From the NCBI GenBank assembly GCA_048941265.1, contig JBHLNT010000053.1:1-25506 (forward strand): a stretch of DNA of 25,506 nt, written 5' to 3'. The stretch's first letter is position 1, and every line of letters begins with the position of its first letter. The notes beneath the pieces were generated by a model. The model had not been told where the DNA came from. It saw only the letters and a list, made by a program, of their open reading frames with translations, and searched no databases. The position numbers and the translations under genes are program-made. Of this stretch, positions 1 to 9,519 are shown one piece after another. This DNA is from Promethearchaeota archaeon. GTDB taxonomy: Archaea > Asgardarchaeota > Lokiarchaeia > Sigyniarchaeales > SOKP01.

Positions 1-154
1 CATAGTAAAGTTTATTGAATTTTCTTTCTGCTATGATAATGAAATATTTTCTTATTAAGAATAAATCGTATTATACCTTTTTTAAAGTATTTCTATAATT
101 AAAAAGATAAATATTAAAATTAAACATGAATCCATATAAACAAAAATAAAAGAA

Positions 155-733
155 ATGATAATTATGGTTAAAAATAAAATAAGACCAGGGGTTTATTTGT
201 ATCCTATGCCAGTTACCTTAATAGGTGCAAAGGTAAATAATAAACCTAATTTTATGCCTATTGCGTGGGTTAGTATCGTAGAACATAGACCTCCTATGAT
301 TTCCATTTCTGCTAATCAGAGTCATTATACTAACAGGGGTATAAAAGAAAATCAAACGTTTAGTGTAAATACTCCAACTGTTGATATGGTGGAAATTACA
401 GACTATTGTGGATTGAAGACTGGAAAAGAACTTGATAAATCTGAGCTATTCGAAGTATTCTATGGAGATTTGGAAACAGCACCTATGATTAAACAATGTC
501 CATTAAATTTGGAGTGTAAGGTTGTAGAGGTAATTGACAATAAGCATGGGCATGATATAATAATTGGAGAAATTATAAATGCTTATGCAGAAGATAACAT
601 TATGAAAGGTGCAATTCCCGATATAACCAAACTGAAACCATTAATATTCTCTATGAATGATAATAATTATTGGAAACTAGGAGAATTAATAGGGAGGGCA
701 TGGAGTATAGGAAAAGATTTTAAAAAAGATTAA
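155..733 (+). CDS. Flavin reductase-like / flavoredoxin family FMN-binding protein
   Basis: YPMPVTLIG, NFMPIAW, HYTNRGIKENQTFSVN, DYCG, APMIKQCPLNLECKV and HDIIIGEI are characteristic of split-barrel flavin reductases. Alternative ATG at 164. Confidence 0.88.
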   Translation: MIIMVKNKIRPGVYLYPMPVTLIGAKVNNKPNFMPIAWVSIVEHRPPMISISANQSHYTNRGIKENQTFSVNTPTVDMVEITDYCGLKTGKELDKSELFEVFYGDLETAPMIKQCPLNLECKVVEVIDNKHGHDIIIGEIINAYAEDNIMKGAIPDITKLKPLIFSMNDNNYWKLGELIGRAWSIGKDFKKD

Positions 734-901
734 TTAATAACCTTTCTTTTTAGAGTGAATTTTTTATTCATACTAATTTTATTCAAAATTTCAGTACTCA
801 TTACAAAAATTTTTAATTATATCAAATAACCTTTTTATTAAAGTTCGTCTATTTGTTTTTCTTTATTTTTGAAATAAGATCTAATATTAATGTGATAAAC
901 T

Positions 902-1435
902 GTGATTAAAGGCATGGAATATCGTTTTAAAATTATTTTGATTGGACCGGGTGCTGTAGGGAAAACTAGCATTCTCATGAGATTTGTACATGACACATTC
1001 TCAAAATCTTATAAAATGACGATTGGTGTTGATTTTTTAAACAAAGAAATTGATATTGATGATACGAATGTTAAGCTTACTATTTGGGATGTAGCTGGAC
1101 AAAAACGATTCAAGTTTATGAGAAAGAATTTTTATAGTGGTGCTGCAGGGGCGTTATTAGTATTTGATTTAACAAGAGAGACTACCTTTCAAGAAGTCAT
1201 AAGACGTTGGTATCCTGAAATGATTCAATTCATAGAAAAGGAAGTACCTTTTATTTTAATAGGAAACAAGGTAGATCTAATTGAAGAAATAGGAACAGTT
1301 ATTGATACAAAAAATGCGAAAAAATTCGCAGAGGGTAAGAGAAGTATTTATATCGAAACTTCTGCTAAAACTGGCCAAAATGTTGATGATGCGTTTAATA
1401 AATTAACTCGAAGAATGATTGATCAAGCTTCATAA
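902..1435 (+). CDS. Rab-like small GTPase (eukaryotic signature protein) with no prenylation motif
   Basis: G1 GPGAVGKT, G2 TIGVDF, G3 WDVAGQ, G4 NKVD, G5 ETSAK. Ends ...MIDQAS with no C-terminal Cys. The GTG start lies 6 nt after GTGA; alternative ATG at 914. Confidence 0.95.
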   Translation: MIKGMEYRFKIILIGPGAVGKTSILMRFVHDTFSKSYKMTIGVDFLNKEIDIDDTNVKLTIWDVAGQKRFKFMRKNFYSGAAGALLVFDLTRETTFQEVIRRWYPEMIQFIEKEVPFILIGNKVDLIEEIGTVIDTKNAKKFAEGKRSIYIETSAKTGQNVDDAFNKLTRRMIDQAS

Positions 1436-1518
1436 TAAGCATATTTGATTCTTTCCATGTTCTAGTGTTTTGATTAAAGTAAGAAAAAATATAAAATTTA
1501 ACATACTAAAAATTAAAT

Positions 1519-2289
1519 ATGACAGTTGATAATAAGGAACTTGCTCAAAAATTTAAGAGTGTTTTCAAATTAAATTACCCACCAATCGCTTTTTTTTACA
1601 CGAATAATCCGCCTATCGAAGTATACAATCCAAAAAGAACATCAGGCATAAATTTTCCTTGTATAATCCAATTATTGAATGGAGTAAAAAGCGGTAGTAC
1701 TCTCGTTTTAGGAAAACGCAGCCGAAATTTATGTCCTGGAGGATTAACCTATTTGGGATTCAAAAAACCGATGAAAGGACTTGAAAACTTTTTATCAACG
1801 GGAATTCCAGGCCCTAAAGAAGGTGAAATTATCATGGAAGGAGAAAGATTTGCAAAAACTCCAGAACTGGCTAAAAAATTTTTGGATAAAATACCTTTCA
1901 GAAAAAGTTCTGCTGAATATGCAGTTTTCATGCCCCTCGATCAAGTAAATCCGAAGCAATATGAACCTCAACTTGTTATTTTTTATGTAAAAAACGATCA
2001 ATTAGCAGGATTAAATCAATTAGCTAATTTTGATACACTTAATAGAACGATTTTAGGGATTGGATCTGCTTGTAGCACAATTATAACCGAATCTCTTGCT
2101 GAAATTGAGAATAATGATGAGCCCAGACCAGTTTTAGGGTTGTTATCAGACATTCTAGCTCGAAGACATGTAAAACCTGATGAAGTCTCGTTTACAGTAG
2201 GTTATAAAAAGCTAATTCAGATGTACAATAACATTGAAGAAAGTTTTCTTAAATTGGAAGCTTGGAATACAATTTATAATCGAATATAG
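1519..2289 (+). CDS. DUF169 family protein
   Basis: LKLxxxPIAF-like N-terminus, CIIQ, CPGG..YLGF, GERFAKTPELA, DQLAGL..LANF and SACS match the DUF169 pattern as I recall it. Confidence 0.75.
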   Translation: MTVDNKELAQKFKSVFKLNYPPIAFFYTNNPPIEVYNPKRTSGINFPCIIQLLNGVKSGSTLVLGKRSRNLCPGGLTYLGFKKPMKGLENFLSTGIPGPKEGEIIMEGERFAKTPELAKKFLDKIPFRKSSAEYAVFMPLDQVNPKQYEPQLVIFYVKNDQLAGLNQLANFDTLNRTILGIGSACSTIITESLAEIENNDEPRPVLGLLSDILARRHVKPDEVSFTVGYKKLIQMYNNIEESFLKLEAWNTIYNRI

Positions 2290-2354
2290 CCATTAACACT
2301 AAGAATTCTATATATCGTATAAACATCAAAAATTTATAAAAAAAATGAATTGAC

Positions 2355-2832
2355 CTCATTCCCCTTTATATTTTATTTTATGGACGGCTGCAAGAGTGGA
2401 TAATATGTATGAAAAGTAGTTTAAGTTGAGCATATCAATTATGCTCCTCTATGGAATAATTTTTCAGATAATATTCAAGCCTTTATTTTTTATTGATCTA
2501 GCTTATATTCTCTTTTTAAATAGCTATTTGATTTTACATTTGTAGGAGTTATACAGCTCTTAATCTTTGGAGAACCAATTGCTTTTGTATTAAGTGCCAT
2601 AATGTTATTCATTGAAGGGCGTATATCATTAGACATAACAAATAGAGTAAAAAGATTGTTATTTTTTCTACACTCTTTAACCTTATTTATAGGAATTATG
2701 TTAGATGTAGTATTTTCGGATATTGTGACTATCATACTCTCAAGAATCATAATGAAGGTAGCTCTATTATGCTTCTTTCTCTCAGAATCTTACTCCAAAG
2801 GAATGGAAAGATTATTATTTAGGAATCAATGA
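2355..2832 (+). pseudogene. Degenerate 7TM membrane-protein gene, paralogue of 14565..15290
   Basis: The frame from TGG 2381 reads WTAARVDNMYEK*FKLSISIMLLYGIIFQIIFKPLFFIDLAYILFLN (TAG 2417-2419). It shifts near 2520-2545 into LFDFTFVGVIQLLIF...ISLDITNRVKRLLFF...GIMLDVVFSDIVTIILSRII...CFFLS. The order of helices and loops matches TM3-TM7 of the intact 7TM gene. Confidence 0.6.
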
Positions 2833-2931
2833 ATAACATAATAATTTTTAATTGATTATGAAAAGGAAAAAAGAATTAGTTTTAAAAGTAAGAAAAAAAA
2901 TTGGCAATAAAATATTAATTTGAATTGTAGA

Positions 2932-4329
2932 TTAACGGTAGATACCTAAATCCTTGAGTTTTTTCACTAAAGCTTCTTTTTCTGCTCCTTCAAGTGTATA
3001 GTATTTTTTAAATATAAATCCCATAACAATCATAAGAATTCCCGGAATTAATGCCGCATGGATTCGTATACCCCATATTGCTAAGGGAGTTTGGATTGCA
3101 TAAGGATCGGTATTATATGCCGTCATAAAATGAATTAACGGAATGACGATCCCAACTACCAGAAAGGCCACTCTGAAGAAAAAGGTTCTTATCCCCACCA
3201 ATAGTGCATCAACCCGCTTTTCCATCTTACTAGCGACCTCGTCATATGTATCTGAAGCCACAGGCATGAGCATCGTAACATTACCGATAGCGACCATTGA
3301 GTAAATTGCCCAAAAAATGGTATGGAAAATAATTTCTGTCGTGAATAGAAAGGGTAGTAAGCAGAAACCACTGAGTATATAGGTTATAGCGTAGCATTTT
3401 TTGAATCCATATTTACGGGCATAATTTGACCAAAAGGGTATCATTAATAGCCCAGCTATAGTACCTACTAGTGTGGGGATCAATCCATATACGTAAGGGA
3501 CTCTATACACATCTTTATAAAGATATATAGTTGAAACAGCCATTAAGGTGCTTGCTGTTATTGCAATTGTGTATCCACTTAAAGATATAGCAAAATTTCT
3601 TGTTGTAAGTGCTTCTTTCGCTGCTTTAAAAAAGCCTACTTTTTCGGCTTTCTCATAAGATCTAATAAACATTTGTTTCATCTCTGGTGATTCCCTTATG
3701 CCAGTAAAGACAATAATCCCGCAAATACCTAGAATTATTATCATAAGGAGAGCCCATCTCACAAAACTACTTGGATCTCCGTATACGATAGTTATACTCC
3801 CGATAACCGCCATGATGGTGATAAGCACATACATTAAAATAGTTGCAATCGCAAAAGCTCTTCTCCGCTCATATTCGGAAGGGAATTGGTTAGTAAAGCC
3901 CCCATACACGTGATCGTTATAGATAGAGAAAAAAGTATCGAATAGACAAGTTATGATGATAAACCATAAAAATATGATCATTGCCCCCATACCTTGAGGG
4001 GGAATCCATATTATATAGAATAAAATTAACACCGGGAACGTGGTGATAACTACCCAAGGAGCGCGCAATCCATATTTTTTAGTCCATTTTAAGGGCTTAT
4101 CCGTAAGATAGCCTAAGAGCGGATCATTGACCATGTTCCAAATAGCAAATATGATAAATGCTATGCTAAGATAGAGGGCAGGGAGCCCAATTTCGACCTC
4201 ATAAAAATAAAAAAGATTTGCCAAGCCAAAACCGAGTAAATAATTTATAAATACATAGCCAATACCATAAGCTGCCATTTTCCATGTTGATGCAATTTCC
4301 CATTGACTCAGATCTTCTTCAATTGCCAT
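2932..4329 (-). CDS. MFS transporter, glycoside-pentoside-hexuronide (GPH/MelB-like) family
   Basis: WNMVNDPLLGYLTD, G.RAPW and D..DE...R motifs, with about 12 hydrophobic segments. SD GGAGA 6 nt before the ATG. Confidence 0.93.
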   Translation of the reverse strand: MAIEEDLSQWEIASTWKMAAYGIGYVFINYLLGFGLANLFYFYEVEIGLPALYLSIAFIIFAIWNMVNDPLLGYLTDKPLKWTKKYGLRAPWVVITTFPVLILFYIIWIPPQGMGAMIIFLWFIIITCLFDTFFSIYNDHVYGGFTNQFPSEYERRRAFAIATILMYVLITIMAVIGSITIVYGDPSSFVRWALLMIIILGICGIIVFTGIRESPEMKQMFIRSYEKAEKVGFFKAAKEALTTRNFAISLSGYTIAITASTLMAVSTIYLYKDVYRVPYVYGLIPTLVGTIAGLLMIPFWSNYARKYGFKKCYAITYILSGFCLLPFLFTTEIIFHTIFWAIYSMVAIGNVTMLMPVASDTYDEVASKMEKRVDALLVGIRTFFFRVAFLVVGIVIPLIHFMTAYNTDPYAIQTPLAIWGIRIHAALIPGILMIVMGFIFKKYYTLEGAEKEALVKKLKDLGIYR

Positions 4330-4757
4330 TTTAAATCTCCTTTATTTTGTTTTATTTTTTTTTAAATTTTAAATAAATTACATAAATTATTTACCATTCA
4401 ATTTTTTGGAATTTAAATTTTATTTTTCAGTAAAATGTGTAAATATAAAAGATAAAAATATAAAAATTAGAAAAATAAAAAATTAGTGTCTTTTTTTGAT
4501 CAGTAAGCTGCCATTATAAGCGGAGTTCAGTCTGAATGTAGACCAACAAAACTTAAAGAGTGATTTAATATAATTAACTGACAAAAGAATATGAAATAAC
4601 TGCCAGATTACATACTCAGAATTTTTTAAAAGAATGATTTATTTATATGCAAAATTTTAAGAATTATTCCTATAACATTTTCAGCTTAATTCTGACTTTG
4701 AATAACCATAATTTTAAATATTTTACAACAGAAGTCTACTTAATTATAATTTAAATT

Positions 4758-6182
4758 ATGTTAAAAAAGAGTAAAAAAATGAGCGAAGAATCAATAAGTT
4801 CAAAAAAAAGATTTCTATTCGGACTAAGTGCTTTTCCGGATCAGTTGACTTATCAAAGTTTTACTATACTTGTATTCACCTATTATTTTGCAGTAGTAGG
4901 AATTCCGATATTTCAAATGTGGATAGCTTTTGTACTTTGGGGGCTCTGGAATGCAATTAATGATCCTCTTTTAGGATCCCTGTCAGACCGAACAAAACAA
5001 AAAGGAAAATTTGGAAAAAGACGTTTTTATATGCTTATCGCTGTAATTCCTCTTAGTTTTATAATGATTATATTATTTGCGGTGCCTATTGGAAATTTAA
5101 CGGTTTCATTTATTTATTTTATTATTACTATAATGACGTTTGAATTAATATATACGATGTTTTCTGTAAATGTGAATGCAATTTTCCCTGAAATGTTCCC
5201 TACGGAAGAAGAAAGAGCGAAAACGAATATTTTTATTAAAGGACTTACCATTATGGCGGTTATATGTGCCTCTTTGATTCCTACTTTAATAATTTCTCCG
5301 ATCGTACCTTTAGAAAAAAATCCCCCAAGAGCAACTACTCTACACTTTCAGATGATGTATATAACGGCAGGAGCAGTTTTGTGTATTATAATTTTGATAA
5401 CAGGACTGATATTTATAGTAAAAGGAGTAGAGGAAAAAGAAGAAGTATTAGCTGATTTTGAAAAAAGACCTTCATTCTCCCAATCCTTAAAAATTTCGTT
5501 TAAAAATAAAACTTTTCTAAAATTTACTTTTGCTAATATGTGTATCTGGTACTGTTTTACAACATTATTAACTATATTTCCATTATATTGGGTGTTTGTT
5601 CTTGGAATCCAAAGAGAGTCGTTCCTAATTGGTATTTCATTAATGTTAGCTCTTATAGTTGCAGCAATTTCGCTTGGTTTGCATATTAAATTAAGGAAGA
5701 AAATAGGTACTCGAAATGCTTTAATGGCGACTTTGGGATTATGGATTGTGTTGTTGTTTCCTTATGTATTACTATCTGACAGTCCTGAAATGCGAATTCT
5801 TGCTATATTTATTACGGCAATTCAAGGGATTGCATTAGGAGGGGCATTGTTTTACGTAGATATTATTATTGGTGATGTTATTGATGCTGATGAAGTTGAA
5901 TTTGGAGTTAAAAGATCTGCGAGTTATTATGGAGTGAATGCATTTATACATAGATTTTCTCAAATTTTATCCATAACTACAATAGCAATTGTGTTTACTG
6001 GGAGCGGATGGAGTTCTTATGAACCTGCAAGGGGGGTTGATATTATCCTAGGATTAAAATTGATAATCTTCCTATTTCCTGCAATATTTTTATTCATCGC
6101 GATTTTGTTCTTGAAATCATTTGAATTACATGGCGCAAAATTAGAAGAAATGCGAGAGAAACTAGCAAAATTACATGCTTAA
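4758..6182 (+). CDS. MFS transporter, GPH/MelB-like family
   Basis: WNAINDPLLGSLSDRT..GKFGKRR, FPEMF..EERA and GDVIDADEVEFGVKR. The true start may be the ATG at 4779. Confidence 0.93.
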   Translation: MLKKSKKMSEESISSKKRFLFGLSAFPDQLTYQSFTILVFTYYFAVVGIPIFQMWIAFVLWGLWNAINDPLLGSLSDRTKQKGKFGKRRFYMLIAVIPLSFIMIILFAVPIGNLTVSFIYFIITIMTFELIYTMFSVNVNAIFPEMFPTEEERAKTNIFIKGLTIMAVICASLIPTLIISPIVPLEKNPPRATTLHFQMMYITAGAVLCIIILITGLIFIVKGVEEKEEVLADFEKRPSFSQSLKISFKNKTFLKFTFANMCIWYCFTTLLTIFPLYWVFVLGIQRESFLIGISLMLALIVAAISLGLHIKLRKKIGTRNALMATLGLWIVLLFPYVLLSDSPEMRILAIFITAIQGIALGGALFYVDIIIGDVIDADEVEFGVKRSASYYGVNAFIHRFSQILSITTIAIVFTGSGWSSYEPARGVDIILGLKLIIFLFPAIFLFIAILFLKSFELHGAKLEEMREKLAKLHA

Positions 6183-6358
6183 TCTACTCCAAATAAAATT
6201 TAAATATATTTTAATTCATTTTTTTGGAGAAGTTAAGCTTTTTTTTTAATTTGTTTATTTTAATGAACTTTTAATTATCATGCTAAATGTTTTTAAACCT
6301 ATTATATTATAATTCATTATGGAAATTAGGACCTTAATTCTAATTTAAGGAGAACTTT

Positions 6359-8134
6359 ATGAGAGCAATTTTGATATGGTTTGATACACTAAATAGGCGA
6401 TTTTTACCGCCTTATAGTAATGATTGGGTTCATGCTCCTAATTTTAAGAGACTTGCCGAGAAATCTGTTATTTTTGATAATCACTATGCGGGCAGTCTTC
6501 CATGTATGCCAGCGAGAAGAGAACTCCATACGGGTAGATATAATTTCTTACATAGAAGTTGGGGACCAATTGAACCGTTTGATGATTCTATGCCAGAAAT
6601 TTTAAAAAATAAAGGAATTTATACTCATTTAGTAAGCGACCACTATCATTACTGGGAAGATGGTGGATGTACTTATCATCCGCGATATAGCACATGGGAA
6701 ATCATTCGTGGGCATGAAGGGGACTTGTGGAAAGGTGAAGTTAAAGATCCAAAAATTCCTGAGCATATAGAAAATATGAGAGAAAATACATCTATTTGGC
6801 GACAAGATTGGGTCAATCGGAAATACATGCAAAAAGAGGAGGATCAACCTCAAGCCATAACGTTCAGAAAAGGCTTAGAATTTATTAACACTAATTATAT
6901 GGAAGATAATTGGTTCCTACAGATTGAAACATTTGATCCCCATGAACCTTTTTACACCCAACAAAAATACAAGGATTTCTATAAGCACGATTATAACGGC
7001 CCCCATTTTGATTGGCCAAATTATTCATTAGTCAGTGAAACTCCTGATCAAGTAAATCATTGTCGTATGGAATACGCAGCATCAGTAAGTATGTGTGATG
7101 AGTATTTAGGCAAAATTTTGGATATAATGGATGAAAAAGATATGTGGAAAAATACAATGTTGATTGTTTCTACTGATCATGGTTTTCTTTTGAGCGAAAA
7201 GGATTTATGGGGCAAAGCAATATTCCCGCTCTATAATGAAATTGCACATATACCCTTATTTATCTGGGATCCACGATCAGGAAAGAAGAATGTAAGAAGA
7301 AACGCTCTTACACAAACTATTGATTTAGCACCAACTTTACTTGAATATTTTGGCATTAAACGTCCAAAAATTATGCAAGGTAAAGTTTTAAAGGAGACAA
7401 TTAATTCAGATAGCGGAGTTAGGAAAACAGCTCTTTTTGGCTACCATGGAGCTGCTGTGAATATAACGGATGGGAGATATATATATATGAGAGGTCCTGG
7501 AAATCCTATGAATCAACCATGTTATAATTATACTCTTATGCCAACACATATGAATAGGTTATTTACAATAAATGAATTAAAAACTCTGGAGCTAGCAGAA
7601 CCCTTTACTTTTACTAAAGGTTGTAAAACTATGAAGATTAAGGCAAGAGAATATTCAGGTAACACATATATTTATGGGACTATGCTTTTTGATCTTCAGA
7701 ATGATCCTAATCAAGAAAACCCTATCACAGACCAAGAAGTTGAAAAACGAATGATTGAACTTCTAAGAGATGAATTGAAGAAAAGTGATGCTCCTCTTGA
7801 GCAGTATGAACGTCTTGGCATACTTATTGATGGAGATATTTTAGACGAGCATCTAAGATTAGAAGAGGTTTATACTGGTATTAGGGAAAAAATTGGCAAT
7901 ACCGAGATATCGTGGCGAAATAAAGGAAGAAGTATGTATTATTTCATTTTAAGATTTACTCCTGAACATTTACGTAACCAGGTCATTCAATTATTTGAAA
8001 GAACTATTAATCAAAAAAATCTTAAAGAATTAGATGAAGATTTCATATTAGAGACAATTAGGAATTTTATACCAGAAGGTCTAAGAAGTCCTTTAGAATA
8101 TATTGTTCCACTTGTGAAAAACAAGGCAAAATAA
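6359..8134 (+). CDS. Cys-type formylglycine-dependent sulfatase with a ~100 aa C-terminal extension
   Basis: N-terminal metal-binding FD, CMPARRELHTGR (CxPxR), FDPHEPF, STDHG, HIPLFI and LFDLQNDP. SD GGAGA upstream. No signal peptide. Confidence 0.93.
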   Translation: MRAILIWFDTLNRRFLPPYSNDWVHAPNFKRLAEKSVIFDNHYAGSLPCMPARRELHTGRYNFLHRSWGPIEPFDDSMPEILKNKGIYTHLVSDHYHYWEDGGCTYHPRYSTWEIIRGHEGDLWKGEVKDPKIPEHIENMRENTSIWRQDWVNRKYMQKEEDQPQAITFRKGLEFINTNYMEDNWFLQIETFDPHEPFYTQQKYKDFYKHDYNGPHFDWPNYSLVSETPDQVNHCRMEYAASVSMCDEYLGKILDIMDEKDMWKNTMLIVSTDHGFLLSEKDLWGKAIFPLYNEIAHIPLFIWDPRSGKKNVRRNALTQTIDLAPTLLEYFGIKRPKIMQGKVLKETINSDSGVRKTALFGYHGAAVNITDGRYIYMRGPGNPMNQPCYNYTLMPTHMNRLFTINELKTLELAEPFTFTKGCKTMKIKAREYSGNTYIYGTMLFDLQNDPNQENPITDQEVEKRMIELLRDELKKSDAPLEQYERLGILIDGDILDEHLRLEEVYTGIREKIGNTEISWRNKGRSMYYFILRFTPEHLRNQVIQLFERTINQKNLKELDEDFILETIRNFIPEGLRSPLEYIVPLVKNKAK

Positions 8135-8202
8135 GAAATTATTTCTTATCTTCTTTATTATTAATGAAAATAAAAAAAAGAATTATCCTATTTAAAGGAT
8201 AA
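8131..8202. terminator. Two inverted repeats between convergent genes, possibly terminators
   Basis: Perfect palindrome ATAAGAAAT-T-ATTTCTTAT (8131-8149) overlapping the sulfatase stop, and hairpin TTATCCT-N6-AGGATAA (8183-8202), with A/T tracts. Confidence 0.35.
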
Positions 8203-8212
8203 AAATACTTTA

Positions 8213-9310
8213 TTATTTAATATACCCTGCGGCTTTTTTTAATAATTTTTCAGCATCTGAGACAATTTGGTTGACTATGTCTGATGCCTTCTCAATACTA
8301 TTAATTATTCCAATACTTTGTCCTAAAAGAACTGCCCCAGACTTTATATCTCCCCTGTAAGCAGCTAGGTAAGCATCAGCTACTTTCAAAAGCTCTTCTG
8401 TATATTTTTCAGGAGGCAATTTTCGGAGAGCTTCTTCTTGAGCCATAAGTTCTTCTTTGGATCCCACAGCTGCATGGTGAAGGCTATATTCATTTTTCCA
8501 GAGTCTAATCGGACCTAAAACACCTGCTGTATAGATAGTATCTTGAGCTTTAGCAGGAGGTATTACGGATTTATACCCTTCATGAAACTCACTATCTTTA
8601 CTGGCAATAAACCGAGAACCCATGGCAATAGCTCCAGCTCCCATAGTTAATGCAGCAGCTAGACCAGCTCCGGTTGCAAAGCCACCACAGGCAATTACAG
8701 GATAATCCGGATATTTTTGCTGGATTTGTTGTAACAAAACCAGAGTACTTACTTTCTCAAAAGATTGGTGACCTCCACCCTCTCCACCTGTGATTACTAA
8801 TCCGTCAACTTTAGTTGCAATGCATTTATCTGCGAGCCATAACGCAGGAGCGACATGAAAATGCTTAATCTCTGAGACTTCTTTCAATTCTTGGAATCTC
8901 TTACTTTCTGGTAATGTTCTAGAAGACCCCGCACTGGTAAGTGCATATACACATTGCTCCCTGATCCTCTGATTATCCTTTATGAATCGTGGTATTTTCG
9001 TACAAAGCTCCTTAGCTTGTAATTCATTTCTAGAGGTTCGTATATTAAAGCCGAACGGCTTATCAGTATGTTCCACAACATACTCCATGTTCTGTTTCAT
9101 TGATTTTACCGCATTAACTCCTATTCGTGCAGCTACTGTTTTATCCCCTATATCCTCACCTCGGGAAATAGTTGTATGTGATAAAACACCCAATCCACCA
9201 GCTTCACTTACAGCGACACATAGGTCGGTAGTGTAAAAAGGGCCCATGGGTGCAGTAACAATAGGATGTTTAATGCCTAACATTTTGGTAATATTGGTTT
9301 CTATCGTCAT
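8213..9310 (-). CDS. Nitronate monooxygenase / FabK-like FMN-dependent oxidoreductase
   Basis: LGIKHPIVTAPM, AVSEAGGLG, TDKPFGFN, GGEGGGH, PVIACGG, AMGSRF and GQSIG. Confidence 0.88.
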   Translation of the reverse strand: MTIETNITKMLGIKHPIVTAPMGPFYTTDLCVAVSEAGGLGVLSHTTISRGEDIGDKTVAARIGVNAVKSMKQNMEYVVEHTDKPFGFNIRTSRNELQAKELCTKIPRFIKDNQRIREQCVYALTSAGSSRTLPESKRFQELKEVSEIKHFHVAPALWLADKCIATKVDGLVITGGEGGGHQSFEKVSTLVLLQQIQQKYPDYPVIACGGFATGAGLAAALTMGAGAIAMGSRFIASKDSEFHEGYKSVIPPAKAQDTIYTAGVLGPIRLWKNEYSLHHAAVGSKEELMAQEEALRKLPPEKYTEELLKVADAYLAAYRGDIKSGAVLLGQSIGIINSIEKASDIVNQIVSDAEKLLKKAAGYIK

Positions 9311-9402
9311 AACATCACTTTTTATTTTCCTTATAAATATTATTTATTTCATATTTATGGTTTAACTTTTGTTCTTTAAATTACTTATCATTTTTCCAAC
9401 AC

Positions 9403-9421
9403 TAGAAATCCTTTTATAGAA
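9403..9421 (+). promoter_or_regulatory. Putative BRE/TATA promoter or operator, TAGAAATCCTTTTATAGAA
   Basis: Purine-rich box followed by TTTTATA about 100 nt upstream of the 9520 gene. A near-identical copy lies at 10996-11013. Confidence 0.4.
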
Positions 9422-9519
9422 TATGGGAAATATTATTTTTAATTAATAATCTCAATTCCAGAAATTTGAAATTCACCAAAAAATCTATATAATATTCTAA
9501 TTGTTTAGGTGTAATACAA

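Noticed and set aside
1-70. Possible third ATA start on the minus strand at 34 (reads IAERKFNKLYY)
   Set aside because: Only 11 codons are visible, there is no SD, and an ATG at 3..1 is an alternative. It cannot be tested inside this window.
2428-2446. Palindrome GAGCATA-N5-TATGCTC, and similarly TCTCTAG...CTAGAGA at 14418-14447
   Set aside because: Isolated 7-bp arms are expected by chance in AT-rich DNA, and I saw no second copy of either.
2490-2750. 86-aa minus-strand ORF
   Set aside because: Its Asn/Ile/Lys-rich composition is the antisense shadow of the hydrophobic + strand pseudogene.
4499-4530. Minus-strand TPLIMAAY resembling an ankyrin repeat
   Set aside because: It is eight residues flanked by stops with no second repeat, so it is probably chance.
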